Source: Diplonema japonicum (lineage: Eukaryota > Protista > Euglenozoa: Diplonemea). From it: 64,000 nucleotides of DNA. The position numbers and the translations under genes are program-made. The notes under the pieces are model-generated. The model saw nothing but the letters and a program-made list of their open reading frames with translations, ran no database searches and was not told the DNA's origin. The stretch is from contig OZ025651.1 of NCBI GenBank assembly GCA_964019335.1, positions 916,514-980,513 on the forward strand, written 5' to 3'. Of the stretch, positions 1 to 13,212 are shown piece by piece. How positions within the stretch are numbered: position 1 is the stretch's first letter; each line of letters begins with the position of its first letter.

Positions 1-1
1 G

Positions 2-1234
2 AACAGACTGGTCGAGATGGAGAAGCGGGTCGCGACTTTAAACATAGTACGGCAGTCATTAGGGCTGGAAATACAACAAATGCAAGCGAAAGCAACAGCA
101 GTCAGCAGTGAAGTCTCGGAGAGAGGCTCGAAAAATACGATTCTACAAGAGAAACACAATACAAATCTCGAGGCAATCAACCGTTTCCACGCATCGTTGG
201 CAACATTATCAGAGACACTGCAGAGCACAACAGCAGCAATGGGAAGCCTGTCCGCTGCAGAACCCAACCAGGATCTTGTAAACGAGATCGAGTCGTTAAA
301 ACGGCAGAAGGTCCTGCTAGCGTCGCAGATTTCAGAATGGGAGGACAAAATCCGCCTGGCTTCAACTTCATCGTACCAAACAGAATTCGCAAAGTTAACC
401 CGATGCAGAGAAACAGTCGTTTCTTCCGTTCCAAAGGAACAGTTTTTAAAACTGCAGCAAGTGATGGACGTGTATCGAGCTATGCTGCAATGTGTGAAAA
501 CCCGCGACTCCTTGCACCCTCCTATGAACGAATCGCCTAGAATCAACAATATTGGTAAAAACGCGGTTATCACGCCACAGCTTGTCCGGGAGCTCAGCAT
601 GGTTCAGTTTGAGGATGTGACGGTGGCGCTCTCGCCTCAATCCGGTTTCGCAGAGCAGTACTGCCTCCGAGCGATACCGGGCAGCCGCATCACTCTGTTC
701 AGCAAGGTGGACCCCATTGCCGCAAGCTGCGACGTTCCCTTGGAAACGGTCACCTCCGTCGACATGTCATCGCACTCCTTGATGATCAAGCACTTTAAGG
801 GCATGATCAACGTTCAGGTTGCCACCGTTGAAAAATTGCAAGCTGTTTTTTCTATTCTTCAGGTTCTGCTTGGGCATGAGGTCGCGACGCCTGTGCACTA
901 TGTTAAGTACACAACAATACTGCAGCTTGAGGGGCTTGTTGTGAGCCAAGTGGAGACAGGGATGAAGCCCATGACCTGCCGTCTGCGGCTAGAGCCCAAC
1001 TATTTTATCATCACGACCGAGACGAACGAGACTGCGCTCCGCTGGTCCGCAGTCCAGAGCATTTCCACAGCCGATCGGTACACTGTGACCGCGACGACAG
1101 CCTCAAAAGGCATCTTCCGCATTGTCCCCCGGTCGCCGACGCAGTACAGCTGCCTCCTCACTATGCTGTCCTTGCTGCACAGCACCGAGCCTCCAAGCAG
1201 GATGCCCGTTGCCACTCCGATGCATAGGAACTAG
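2..1234 (+). CDS. Hypothetical coiled-coil protein with possible C-terminal PH-like beta domains (probably 5'-partial)
   Basis: 405-aa ORF from ATG 17; the frame is open back to the window edge; N-half is heptad-rich and C-half is beta-rich. No family recognised. Confidence 0.7.
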   Translation, partial: NRLVEMEKRVATLNIVRQSLGLEIQQMQAKATAVSSEVSERGSKNTILQEKHNTNLEAINRFHASLATLSETLQSTTAAMGSLSAAEPNQDLVNEIESLKRQKVLLASQISEWEDKIRLASTSSYQTEFAKLTRCRETVVSSVPKEQFLKLQQVMDVYRAMLQCVKTRDSLHPPMNESPRINNIGKNAVITPQLVRELSMVQFEDVTVALSPQSGFAEQYCLRAIPGSRITLFSKVDPIAASCDVPLETVTSVDMSSHSLMIKHFKGMINVQVATVEKLQAVFSILQVLLGHEVATPVHYVKYTTILQLEGLVVSQVETGMKPMTCRLRLEPNYFIITTETNETALRWSAVQSISTADRYTVTATTASKGIFRIVPRSPTQYSCLLTMLSLLHSTEPPSRMPVATPMHRN

Positions 1235-1334
1235 TTCTTGTAGTTTAATTTTAGAAAAAAGTTAGAATACAATGTTTTTTTTCCTCTTTTTGTTTACAAA
1301 CTGCTCACTCCACACGGGAAGCCGTAGGTACAAA

Positions 1335-1919
1335 ATGCCATGTTCTGCGGACAGGTGGTGGCCTGTCGGGTGTGGGATCAAGTACGGGTGGCACCTTTCC
1401 AACTCCATGAACATCTCTGACAAGAGGGACGTGAATCTTGTGATTCGTGGCATGGCCAGTAGAGGGGTGCAGTCCTTCAAGCATGAGCAATCCAGGTGGC
1501 GGTTATACAAGCCGCATGAGAAGCGGGCACAAACCCCTCCTGCAAAGGGGAGGAGGATCCCTGCCACGCCTGGTAGAAAAAGGGGAAAGAGATGGACGAC
1601 AAGCACGCAGACAGAAGCCCCCCCAAGGTCACAAAGAAGGGAGCAAAACGCTGAGAACTTAGTCGACACATGGTTGACAAGCTGCTCGAGAGACACCAAA
1701 AGCCGCTGCTCTACATCCACGTCGCTCAGAAGCAGCACGACAGCGCCCCTCCCCCCGAGACCACCTCCCGCATCTCATGCAGCTTATGTCGAAAGACGAC
1801 GGCAGCAATACCTTGAAAAGTGGAACACCCTGCAGAGATTCAACTGGTCAACTTACATGAGCAAATCGCAGCTTGTCCCCACACCCCCACCACAAGGGAG
1901 TCGCGGGCTACTCGGGTGA
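1335..1919 (+). CDS. Hypothetical basic protein (~194 aa)
   Basis: First plausible ATG at 1335 after a T-rich spacer and AG; coding-like composition to TGA 1919. Confidence 0.6.
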   Translation: MPCSADRWWPVGCGIKYGWHLSNSMNISDKRDVNLVIRGMASRGVQSFKHEQSRWRLYKPHEKRAQTPPAKGRRIPATPGRKRGKRWTTSTQTEAPPRSQRREQNAENLVDTWLTSCSRDTKSRCSTSTSLRSSTTAPLPPRPPPASHAAYVERRRQQYLEKWNTLQRFNWSTYMSKSQLVPTPPPQGSRGLLG

Positions 1920-2088
1920 GCGCAAAAATGCAACAATTTGTTCAATACCCCAGTTAAAGAGTTAGTAAAAATTTTTTGTTGTACATTTACACCTTTTTTT
2001 CCCCTTTTTCCCTTCATCTTGTTTGGTATTATTTCGACTATTCTCAAAACGCCCCAACCTTCACAGATAAGCCTACAAAAACAACAAC

Positions 2089-3906
2089 ATGTCTATGCGT
2101 ACAGCAGGCCAGAGCATGCGTGCCCTCAAGAGCAGGAGGGGCCGTGCCTTCGGGACGGACGCCGAGGGCGTTGCGCTTGCGGACGAGTCGAAGCGTGTGC
2201 AGGAGTGGTTCGGGCAGGAGAGGTTCAAGAAGACGGTGAGGACGTGGTCTTCGGACGACGTTGCGAAGCTGAGGGGGTCGTTCCCCGACACGAAGCAGCG
2301 CTACCACCTTGCCGACGAGTCGGCGGCGAAGGCGTACAAGCTGTTCCAGAAGAACTGGGACACGAACAAGGCGTCGTGGACCTTCGGGTGCACGGACCCT
2401 GTGCAGGTGGTGCAGATGTGCAAGTACCTGGAGACGATCTACGTGTCTGGGTGGCAGTCGTCGTCGACGTGCTCGACCACGAACGAGCCCGGTCCGGACC
2501 TCGCGGACTACCCCATGGACACGGTGCCCACGAAGGTGGACCAGCTCTTCCGTGCGCAGATGTTCCACGACAGGAAGCAGACCCTGACCAGGTCGCAGAT
2601 GACGCAGGAGGAGAGGGAGGCGACACCGCCGTGCGACTACTTCACCCCCATCATCGCGGACGGCGACACGGGGCACGGTGGGATCAGCGCCCTCATGAAG
2701 CTTGTGAAGCTGTTCGTGGAGGCGGGAGCCGCCGGTGTGCACATTGAGGACCAGAAGGCCGGTACGAAGAAGTGCGGGCACATGGGTGGGAAGGTGCTCG
2801 TCTCGACGCAGGAGCACGTGGAGAGGTTGAAGGCTGCTCGTCTGCAGTGCGACATCATGGGGACACGCACGCTGATCGTCGGGCGCACGGACGCCGAGTC
2901 CGCGCAGTACCTCGACAACAACATCGACCCCCGCGACCACCCCTTCATCATGGGGACCAGGAACAAGGACATCCCGAACCTCGTGGACGACCTGAGGAGG
3001 ATGGAGCAGGCGAAGCTGTCCCCGCAGGAGATGATGGAGCAGCAGACCAAGTGGGGAGAGAAGGCGAACGTGATGACCTTCGGTGAGGCGGTGACGGGGG
3101 AGATCCAGAACCTTTCGAAGACGGAAGCCTCGAAGAAGGACGCCCTCGACACCTGGAACAAGAACTACATGGAACTGTCGCACGTGGAGTCGCGTGAGCT
3201 TGCAAAGGACCTTGGTGTGGAGCTGTACTGGTCGTGGTACAAGCCCAGGACCAGGGAGGGGTACTACCGTGTGCTGAGCGGGATGGACTTCTGCATCCAG
3301 AGGGCGAAGGCCTTCGCCCCGCATGCCGACCTGCTGTGGATGGAGACGGACACCCCGAACGTGGAGCAGGCGAAGCAGTTCGCTGACGGGATCCACGCGA
3401 AGTACCCGAACCAGTTCCTTGCGTACAACCTGTCGCCGTCCTTCAACTGGGACGTGGCGGGGCTCAGCGACGAGGAGATGGGCAGCTTCACCAGGGACAT
3501 CGGTAAGCTCGGGTTCGTGTGGCAGTTCTGCACCCTTGCGGGTCTGCACAGCAACGCACTCATGGTGGACACCTTCACCAAGGACTACGCCCAGAGGGGT
3601 ATGAGGGCCTACGTGGAGAAGATCCAGAGGAAGGAGAGGGAGTACGACGTCGAGACCCTCACCCACCAGAAGTGGAGCGGTGCCCTCGTCGTCGACTACC
3701 AGTCGGGGCTTGTCAACACCCTCTCCTCCACTGGCATCATGTCCAAGGGTGTCACTGAGGACCAGTTCAAGGCTACCAAGAAGGAGGCTCACGCCGAAGT
3801 CGGCTCCGAGGCCCCTGAGAGGCCCAAGAAGTTCAGGTCCAGCCTTGAGGAGCCCCGTACTCCCGACTTCGTTTACGATGACGCCGATGACGCGAAGAAG
3901 AACTGA
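2089..3906 (+). CDS. ICL: Isocitrate lyase, long eukaryote (plant/fungal)-type
   Basis: Motifs [62 protein letters not shown]; intronless; strong G/C-ending codon bias. Confidence 0.97.
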   Translation: MSMRTAGQSMRALKSRRGRAFGTDAEGVALADESKRVQEWFGQERFKKTVRTWSSDDVAKLRGSFPDTKQRYHLADESAAKAYKLFQKNWDTNKASWTFGCTDPVQVVQMCKYLETIYVSGWQSSSTCSTTNEPGPDLADYPMDTVPTKVDQLFRAQMFHDRKQTLTRSQMTQEEREATPPCDYFTPIIADGDTGHGGISALMKLVKLFVEAGAAGVHIEDQKAGTKKCGHMGGKVLVSTQEHVERLKAARLQCDIMGTRTLIVGRTDAESAQYLDNNIDPRDHPFIMGTRNKDIPNLVDDLRRMEQAKLSPQEMMEQQTKWGEKANVMTFGEAVTGEIQNLSKTEASKKDALDTWNKNYMELSHVESRELAKDLGVELYWSWYKPRTREGYYRVLSGMDFCIQRAKAFAPHADLLWMETDTPNVEQAKQFADGIHAKYPNQFLAYNLSPSFNWDVAGLSDEEMGSFTRDIGKLGFVWQFCTLAGLHSNALMVDTFTKDYAQRGMRAYVEKIQRKEREYDVETLTHQKWSGALVVDYQSGLVNTLSSTGIMSKGVTEDQFKATKKEAHAEVGSEAPERPKKFRSSLEEPRTPDFVYDDADDAKKN

Positions 3907-4911
3907 TGAAAAGATGGATAAAAAAGAAATCTTGTTTTCAGGGTGCGAAAAACTAGAAACCATTGTTATTTAAAAGAGCTTGAATGCGTTGACCAATCTT
4001 TCTTCCATTATTCAAAGGCAACCTAAACAGTGTAATTTCTATTTATTCTTTTTTGATCAAACTATTTTCTCTTCATTTTTGTTTTGTTTGCACCCGCCCT
4101 CCATAGTTTTTTTATCGTCTCATTTTTTTTTCTTTTCGCGAGTGGAAGATGTTTTTAAAGTTATGTACCCTCCGTATGAATGAAGAAAATGGAGGGGAGG
4201 TGTTGAAATGGAGAGAGAGAAAAAAAAAGTTTGCAAAAAGGAGAAAAGAGAATTATTTTTGTAAAGGTGTCTATGGGAAATAGAGAAAAAAAAAGTTTTC
4301 TTTTTATTTCTCTTTTTTTCTTTCTTTTTGTATTTTTATTACAGCAGAAAAGTGAGCATCACCCTCTCCCCCTGCACACTGAAAAAAAATTATCGAATTT
4401 TTATTAAAGCGCGAAATAAAAAATATGTTTTCCGAGTTTCTTTTTTTCCCCATTTCTTTTTTCTTTTTTTCCTTCACACAAAAGGCGAAAAAGAAAAAAG
4501 GAAACGGGGGAAAAAAAAAACATGTTCCAAAAAAAAAAAAAAAAAAAATACATACCCCCACCACCCCCCATCCCCAATTTCCTTGATTATTTCTTTATTT
4601 CTTTTGCTGCGGGTGTAACATGTTGTCATTCTTCTTTTCCCCCTTCCCTTCCTTTTATTCTCGATGGTCTATTAGGCTGTTACTTTTAAAAAAAAAAAAA
4701 AAAAAAAAAAAGCGATCCAATTTCTTCTTTTTTTGTTTTTTACTTCCCCTCTTCTCTTTCTCCCTCTCCCTCTCCCTCTCCTTAGGAATTTTCTTCTTCT
4801 TTTTTTTCGTTTTTTTTTTTTTTTTTTCAAGGTTTATTTTTTTTTAATGCCCTTTCCTTTTGCGATGTCTAACAACATTTACAAGAAAAAGAGGGGAGGG
4901 TGGGGGAGAGA

Positions 4912-7900
4912 ATGGAGGAAACCCCGATAGAACACCACACCGGGGGATTTGGGATACGCCCCATCGCGAACCTGAAGGCAGATGTGAAGAAGACAAGGCA
5001 GAAAACAGTGCCAGCCGCAAAGCCAGAGGTTCTGAAAAGACTGTGGGATAATCGGGGAGACAGCCCGTACAGCACCGGTTCTCTTTTCCACACGTGTTAC
5101 ACCGCAATATGCAGCACTAAGGCATCATATGCTGAGTCATGGAACATGCAGTTCCAGGACCTCTTAGACATGGAGTGCCCAGATGTTGAAGCTCTCACTA
5201 CTAAGAAGGCTCAGGTGCTTAAACTACACTCGGATTTTCTGGAATCAACACGGCCAACGGCCATTCAGATCGTGAAGGAGCTCTCGATGGACGACTCTCA
5301 CCGAAGTATTCCCTCCGCTGGCCTCAGTGAACCCATCTACAAGAAGAACAGTGCTGTCTTTCAAGTCTGGCCGAGCATCCCTGATGCAAAGCGTCTCGTT
5401 CGCTCGCTTGAGACCGTCACGTCCTGCCGTGTACGTGGCCTTACCGCACCCCTCGTTGCGATATTTATATACCGTGGGCATCCTGTAACCATCACAGCCT
5501 GTATTAAGGTTAAGCATACCGGTGATGGAAGCCTCTCCATGGAACCCACAGAGGCTGAGAAGAAGCTCCTTCGTCGGCTGTGCAAGGAAGCCAACGTCTC
5601 GTCAGATACTCTCGACGACACCCACATCACGCACAGCAAAGACGGCAGGCTGTACCTCACCGACGTGGAATCCTTGGTCCCATTGTGCAATGTGTTGGGT
5701 TCTGTGACCGTTCGGTTGCGGCCTGAGATGATTCAAAGGTTTGGAGAGGTTGCGGTGAAGGACCTTGGAGAGCTCACGGAGTTCACGTCTGAGATGCAGA
5801 ATGTATATAAACAATGCTTGCAGCAGGCGGTCGACGTGTGGCTTCAAGGGGAGCTGAGTTGTGACACCTTAGTAGCAACACTGCACGCGCACGGCGTTAA
5901 CCTGGCGATGCTGGGCCAGGTCATGTCTCTGGTGAAAGACAACATTCCTGCGCTCCGTGTTGCGATGACTGAGGTAGTTGCCAGGGTGTGCACAACACTG
6001 CTGCGTGTGGAGATGCGAAGCACGAAAAGCAGGGACATCGATGTATTCCTAATCAGTGCTTCCAGGATGCTCGGTGCGGTGCTAGCCGACACCCACCAGT
6101 ATTGGGAGGCCCTTCTAAACCCTATCAGTGAAGAGCTCTATCCCTGCGAGGAGCGTGTCCCCCTCACTCTGGCCAGCGTCGACAAGCAAACCTTGTTCCG
6201 CAGGATATGCCGTCTATCCTACTTGGTCTTCAAGAACGGCAGTGTGGTGGACTTAAAGGAGAAGAAACATGTTAGGTTAACGGCCATCTCGCCAGTACAG
6301 CAGCTTGTCCTCGAAGGCAATTTTGAGGCAGCAAAGAACTGGCTCCATAACCAGACTACCTTCGACCAGAAGCTGCATGCTGGCGAGGTGTTGAACACGA
6401 TGGGCCAGACCGATCCGGCACGCGAAATACTGACGCAGACGCTGCCCGTTGGCGGGATTCGACAAGACAAAATAGAGCTTGTCGAAGTGCTTCTTAAGCT
6501 GGTAACGGTGGTGAAAGGAGATGAAAGAAGCCAACGGCTGTCGGAAGTTGAGGCGGCTCTGCGGGGAGAGGGCAGCATTTTCGCGAAGGCGTTGCTGAGA
6601 AACTGCATAGTATGGAAGCTGAAACACTTGTTCGAAGACGGTGCGAACGAGGAGAAACTGGAGGAAGCACGGAGCCTCGTGCGGCAAGCCTCGGAGCAGT
6701 GTCACCTGCTCGACGAGCAGGTAGCGTTGAAGCAATTTGTGGATCCGATTCTTTTGTACGCCACGGCCTTGCTGCGTCACGGCGACAAGTCGGGTGCCTT
6801 GAAGAGGTTCAAGCAGATTCGGGACTGTCACGCTCGAGCACACGTGAGCCCACACCCCGACACAGCATACTTCACGTGCGAGGTGGGTTCCATAGAAGCC
6901 CAGCAAGGCTATGCTGTTGCAGCAGAGCGCAGCTTTCGCAACGCCGTGCAGCTAATGTCCAACGCAATGGGCCCGAAACACGTTGCCACAGCCGACATGA
7001 TGGCCAAGCTCAGCGAGTTTTACGTATCGGCAGACGACAAAGAGAAGCTCCCCCTTGCGGTTAAGCTATCCACTGAGGCCGTTGCCATTGTAAAGGCGGC
7101 AATGCCATCCCACATCAAGGTCTGCATGATGCTCCAGAACCTTGCGTACTTGCACTCCCTGAAGCTGGACTACTCCACAGCCGAGGAGCTCACCGTCGAG
7201 GCTATACACCTCGCCGTGTCTTTGCTAGGCACCACCCACCCTGACGTCGTCCGCCTCAAGAAGTTCCTCGTTTCCTTGCGAATCAAACGGCGCACCAATG
7301 CCTTGGCGGTTATCAACAAGAGTTGTAGGGCCTTCCTCTGGAGGCTCCGGGAGATCAGGAGGCAGCGCAAGCGCAACAAGAATGCAGAGTCGCCAAAAAC
7401 TCTGGAAACTAAATCGCGTGATGAAAACGTGGCGTCGGGAGAAGCCAACGACAACACGGAGCCAGAAGTTAACCAAACCAAGGCGGATAATGAAGCTAAA
7501 GAAGAGGAGGAGCAGAAAACTGAACCAGAACCAGAACAAAAAACAGAAGCCGAAACGGCCGCCAGAGAAGAAGAGGAGCAAAAATCAAAGTTGGAAAAAG
7601 AACGAAACGCCGAGTTCAAAAGTAAAGCAAAAGAAGAAGAGGAACGGAAGCTAAGGGCAGAGGAGAAGGAGAAAGAGGATGCCGTTTTAAAAGAGAAGAA
7701 CGCCGAGGAAAAGACCATGGAAGAGGCTAAAGCTGCAACTAAAATCCAGTCGCTACAGAGGGGTAAGGCGGCGAGGAAAGACGTTGCGCTTAAGAAACAG
7801 AATATTGCCCTTGAGAAACAGGAAGCAGAGACGAGACAAACACAGAAAGAACAGGACTCGGCCACGAAGATACAAGCACTACAGAGAGGCAGGCATGCAA

Positions 7901-10900
7901 GGAAGGAGGTAGATGTTAAACGACAGGAACTAGACGCGAGAAAAGCAGAAGAAGCAAAAAGCCAACAGAAGGCAAAGGAAGATGCTGCTGCCACGAAGAT
8001 ACAGTCACTGCAAAGGGGCAAGCAGGCTAGGAAAGAGGTGTCTCAGAAGGCAGCTGCTAAAGAGGCAGAACAACAGCAGCGAGAGGCTGACCAAAAGGCA
8101 CGGGGGGACACTGCAGCCACAAAGATACAATCCATGCAACGTGGGAAACAGGCCAGGAAGGAGGTGTCCCGGAAGAGAAACGAACAAGCAGCTACCATCA
8201 AAGCCGAGCAGTTGCGTCAGGAGGAGGAAAACTGCGCTGCTGCTGCTACAAAAATACAATCCATGCAACGTGGCAGGCAGGCCAGGAAGAAGGTTGCAGG
8301 GATGAAGAAAGACAAGGAAGAAACAGCAGCAGAGGAGGCAAAAAGGAAAGAAGAGGCGGAAAAAGCAGCCGAGAAAAAGAGAGAAGAAGCAGCGAGGCAA
8401 GAGAATGAAGCCGGCGAGGAAGAACAATCCGCAGCTACGAAGATACAATCCCTGCAGAGAGGTAGAGAGGCTAGGAAGGAATTCGCCGCTAAGAAAGAAG
8501 AGGCTGCAAGAAAACAAGCACAACAGGAGAACCAGGCAGCGATTAAAATCCAGTCCGCGCAACGTGGCAGGCAGGCCAGGAATGTGGCCGCGCAGAAAAG
8601 AAGTGACAAAGCAGCCGCAAATGCAGAAGCCAATCAGTTGCAAAAGGAAAAAGAGTGCAGTGCTGCCACGAAGCTACAATCGCTGCAACGCGGAAGGCAA
8701 GCAAGGAAGGAGGTGTCCCAAAAGAAAAGCAACATGACAGCTGCAGAGAATGCCAAGAAACAGCAACAAAAAGAAGAAGAAGAAGAACAGATCAAGGCAG
8801 CTACAAAGATCCAGTCGCTGCAGCGCGGCAGACATGCAAGGAAAGAGGTCACAGGAATGAAGCAAGCTGAAACCGACACAGAAAATGCAAAGAAGGCAGA
8901 GCGCTCTGCTGAAGAAGACCGCGCAGCGACCAAGATACAGTCCTTACAGAGAGGCAAGATAGCTAGGAAAGAGGTTGGTAAGAAGAAAGATCTTGCAGCA
9001 GCTGACAAACGAGCCGCGGACGAAGCTAAAACCGCAAAAGAGGAAGAACAGAAAACACGAGAGGCTCAAGCAGCCACGAAAATACAATCAATGCAACGGG
9101 GCCAGAAGACTAGAAGAGAATTGTCACAAAAGAAAACAGCCGCAGCAGAAGAGGAAGTTAAACGACAGAAGCATGAAGATGCTGCGGCCACGAAGATACA
9201 GTCACTGCAAAGAGGCAAGCAGGCTAGGAAAGAAGCGTCTCAGAAAGCAGCTGCTAAAGAGGCAGAACGACAGCAGCGAGAGGCGGACCAAAGAGCGAAC
9301 GAAGCTGCGGCCACAAAAATACAATCCATGCAGCGTGGGAGGCAAGCCAGGAAGGAGGTGGAAAAGTTGAAGCAGAGCAAAGCCGAGCGAGCCGAGCCTT
9401 CTGCGAGCGTCAAAACCGGAGAAGGGGAAGAAGAGGGAACCGACGAAGTTGCCGAAGAGAAAGCAGCCACCAAGATTCAATCCCTGCAGCGAGGCCGGCA
9501 GGCAAGGCGAAAGGTTGCCCAGAAGAAGAACGAAATGGCAGCAGCCACAATGCAAGCAAATGAAACTGACACCAAGGCAGCCACGAAGATCCAGTCCTTG
9601 CAACGGGGCAGGCTAGCACGGAAGGAAGCCTCTATCAAGAAGTCCGAGAAGGAAGCCTCCCAAAAGCAGAGAGCTGACGAGCAGAAGGAGAAAGAAAGCA
9701 GTGCAGCCACGAAGATCCAGTCCCTTCAACGAGGCAAGCAGGCACGGAAAGAAGCCTCTATCAAGAAGTCCGAGAAAGAAGCTTCCCAACAACGAGCTGA
9801 CGAACAGAAGACGAAAGAAAGCAGTGCAGCCACGAAGATCCAATCTCTCCAACGAGGAAAGCAAGCTAGGAAAGAAGCCTCTACCAAGAAGCAGGCTATT
9901 GCAAAACAAAACGAGAAGGAGAACAAGGCTGCGGCACAGATACAAGCCCTGCAGAGGGGCAAACAAGCACGGAAAGAAGCAACGCAGAGAAAGGAGGACA
10001 AGAAAGCTCGGGACATGGCCAAAGGAAAAGTAAATGAGGAAAGTGCGGCAACGAAGATTCAGTCCCTGCAACGAGGCAGGCACGCCAGGAAAGAAGCTGC
10101 TACCAAGGCCGCCCTCAGAAAGACTGAGAAGCAGCTGGAACAGCAGGAAAAGGCAAGCGAAACAATGGCTCTGGAAAAGAAAAACCAAGACGAAGCGGCC
10201 CTGAAGATCCAAGCCATGCAGCGGGGGCGGGCTGCGAAGAAGGAAGCCAACAACAGGCGGACACTCCGCGAGATGGACGAAAAGAACAGTGCAACAGCAG
10301 CCACAAAAATCCAATCCGTTCACAGAGGCAGGCAAGCCAGGAAACAGGCTGAGGGAATGCGAAACAAGATGGAAGGGGCTCAATACCACGACGATGATGA
10401 GTACATCACCGAAGGGGACAAAGCCTCAAGGAAGCTAGCAAGGCAGAGGCAAGCTGCTCCTTTGGAGAAACGGAAGGCGCGAAGGGCTCAAGACACAGCA
10501 CGGAAGCCTCGAAAGAAGGACATCATCAGTGAAGCCTTGGAAGTGGAGGAGTACCAAGAGAGGCGCCTAGTCAAGCAAGACACCATGCATGCACTGCGGC
10601 AAATCTTGAAGCAAAGAGCCTTGGAGCAGTGCGGGATATCCCTTGTGGAGCTGCAGAGGAACGAGGTATGCGATAACCCACACCCTCATATTGTAGTATG
10701 CGCATCGTGCACACCGCACACGCGTCGAAAAGGAGGAGCAAAACACCCTTCGGCACCTGTTCATCCGTGAGGTATCTGCCTTCTCTCGATGTTGCACCAC
10801 CCAACACCACCCAACAGACTAACGTCGTGCTCGCGCAGTGTTTGCGCAAAGTGGTGCGGCATGAGGACGTGCTTCGTGCACAATGGGTGAAGCAGCAAAC

Positions 10901-11944
10901 ACAGGAGTTCGTAGGGTACGTGTTTTTCCCCCTTCTTTTTTTTAACACCACCCTCACCCTCAGGCTGACACAACGGGTTAAAAAGCAGCATTGGCTGCTC
11001 ATGTTGAGCAGCAGGATAGCGGCCGTTCAGGCTGGTCAAGAAAGGTACCAAATATTAACGAAATAAAACAAAACAAAACAAAAAGGTCATACGCCGTGAT
11101 AGGCGAGGCACAGGAGAGAGAAGCGATCCTGGACGAGGAGTTACATGCATGGTCTTGGGTTGCCGAAGGGACGAAATCAGGGCTGACCGACGGGCTGCAG
11201 TTGGACGAGCTCAGAGTATGGTTCCCCCCCCCCCCCCCTCCCCCCCGTCACTTTTCCCAGGGCCGGAACAGCCTGTTTTCGGTGTGGTCGAGAATGCACT
11301 TCGGCATACGGTGGAAAGAGATCGAAGGTTTCAAGAAGTTCGTGGTGGGTAAGAGGCTCAGCCCGTCGCCGCCTGCAGAGACGAGTACCCTATCTCCAAC
11401 TAAACGGGGGCGGGGAGCGTTGCAAAGCTCGCCGCTTAACAAGAAGCTCAAGAAGCGGAAGAAGAACAGGTCGCCATCTCCCTTGGAGCTCGAGGCTGTC
11501 ACAAGGCCGGAATGCTTCGAGTTGACGCAGCCCAGGTTTGGGGTGACACTCATGGAGACGGACGACAAGCTTCCCCTTGACCATCTCAACCAGTACGAGG
11601 CACAGGCTCTGCAGTTCCACCGTATGCTTCTCCGCAACCAGAAGCTTCTCCACAAGCGACGCGACCCGGAAAATCAAGAAGCACATGTTCCTGTTCACCC
11701 TGCGCACCCATCTCAGGGCACCACCCGGCCCATGGGCAAGGCCCTCATGCGGACACGTGAACAGGGCTGGGATGGAAAGTTTGGCAATGGGTACGATGAA
11801 AGAGAGAGCATGGCCAACACGACACAAAGCAAGACACAACGGCAGAGAAAGCAAATCAAGGACGGCCCGCTGTGCAAACTGGGAGTCTATACACTTCATC
11901 GCCCTGTTCCAGCTTACAGGGTCAAACCCAATGCCACGTACTGA
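4912..11944 (+). CDS. CLU-domain/TPR protein with a large IQ-motif array (resembles trypanosomatid FLAM3 architecture); 5 introns
   Basis: CLU motifs (SKDGRLYL, LRPE, LHAHGVN), kinesin-light-chain-type TPRs (GPKHVATA, GTTHPDV) and 21 IQ motifs. Introns 10666-10696, 10772-10817, 10916-10963, 11045-11085 and 11216-11260 join the frames through to TGA 11944. Confidence 0.85.
7732..10350 (+). repeat. Coding array of 21 IQ calmodulin-binding motifs (AATKIQSxQRGxxARKE)
   Basis: Counted in the translation; near-identical DNA units at ~9577-9702/9703-9825 and ~7981-8170/9178-9360. Confidence 0.95.
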
Positions 11945-12312
11945 TGGGGGGAAGATTTTTGGAAGAGAAAAGAAGAAAAGGAAAGCGTTTCTGCGCTGTT
12001 GTTCATTTTATAGTTTTCTTTCTCTTCTTAGTTGTTTGTTTGTTTGTTTGCTGTTGCCAAGGGGATGATTTTACCATTTTCCCTGCTGCATCTTCTCTCT
12101 CTTTCTTCTTCCCCTTTCTTTTTTCTTGATGGATTGTTGCTTTTCTTTCTTTCTTCTTAGTTTTCCCTCTTGTTACAGCCATCTTTACAGACGGCTTTCC
12201 GAATCGGCCTCCGTTTTATTTTTTTTTCTCCCCCCTCTTTTATATTCTTTTTTTGATCCTTTAAAAATACACGGCGACAGTGAGTTTAACAAAAAAAAAA
12301 TTAAAAAAAGCC

Positions 12313-13185
12313 ATGCAAAACCTAGTAAGATGGGAGGAGGTGTCTCGAGAAGCAGTAGAGTCCATGGAAAAGGGCTGCAGGGCATGGACAGCAAGCGCCT
12401 TTGTAGACGACATCCCTCCCGTGCCGTCAGCGCGTGTGGAAAAGCTAGAGGAGAAGGAGGAGGAGGGGAGAACACGCATAGTACGCAACTGGAAATTCAT
12501 CCTAGAGTGCCTGGTGATGGAGGGCACACCGGCAGCACTGGGGCGGGGAGACGAACTAGAAAACTACATCGAAGCAGAAGCACGATGGAGGCAGAAAACC
12601 CAACGAGAGCAACGAGCAGCCCACGCAACGGTGTGGAGTCTATTCTGCAAGGAGAGTATTAAAACACTAGTCAGCGAGGAATCTCGCCACAGGGACACCA
12701 TTCAGAAAACCTACAAGGAAGTGAAACGGCAAGTCCATGAAGGGTACCAACCGAGGAGATTAGAGAAAGAATCTCTTAAGTCTCTTAAAAAGCCTGTTCG
12801 TGGGAAGCGGCTGGCGTCTCTTTGCAGCACGCTGTCCCCATCTGACCACTACCACCACAGGGAGCGCCACGTTATTCTCCGAATTCTGCGAGAGCACCGT
12901 GTCCTGCACAGCCAAGCGATGTCCTGCCCGACAGACAGCGGCAACTTCATCCCGCGTCCCCCCTCCGTGCCGAATACCTTCTCGGTGCCTCCTTCGCCTC
13001 CTCCACCTGAATTCCCTCTAAGGGCACAGGCGCTCGATCGTGAAGAACAGTTTAACAGAAAACTTATTTCGAAGCAACTTGATTGTGCCACAAGGGACCT
13101 CGCCTCTGCATCCGCGTACCTTTCCTGCAAAGCGGTGGTGCCGGGGAGGGGAATGGAGTATTTATCCTCGCTGATGAGTCACTGA
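12313..13185 (+). CDS. Hypothetical protein with E-E-x-x-R helical repeats
   Basis: 290-aa ORF from ATG 12313 after an A-run. Confidence 0.7.
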   Translation: MQNLVRWEEVSREAVESMEKGCRAWTASAFVDDIPPVPSARVEKLEEKEEEGRTRIVRNWKFILECLVMEGTPAALGRGDELENYIEAEARWRQKTQREQRAAHATVWSLFCKESIKTLVSEESRHRDTIQKTYKEVKRQVHEGYQPRRLEKESLKSLKKPVRGKRLASLCSTLSPSDHYHHRERHVILRILREHRVLHSQAMSCPTDSGNFIPRPPSVPNTFSVPPSPPPPEFPLRAQALDREEQFNRKLISKQLDCATRDLASASAYLSCKAVVPGRGMEYLSSLMSH

Positions 13186-13212
13186 AAAGGGGAGGGGGAG
13201 GTACTAATAGCG

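Noticed and set aside
2044-3963. 639-aa minus-strand ORF
   Set aside because: Antisense shadow of the GC3-rich isocitrate lyase; no motifs. The same applies to 38204-39325 opposite eIF5B.
7732-10350. CRISPR-like repeat-spacer appearance
   Set aside because: Repeats are in-frame IQ codons with synonymous variation in a eukaryotic gene; no cas genes.
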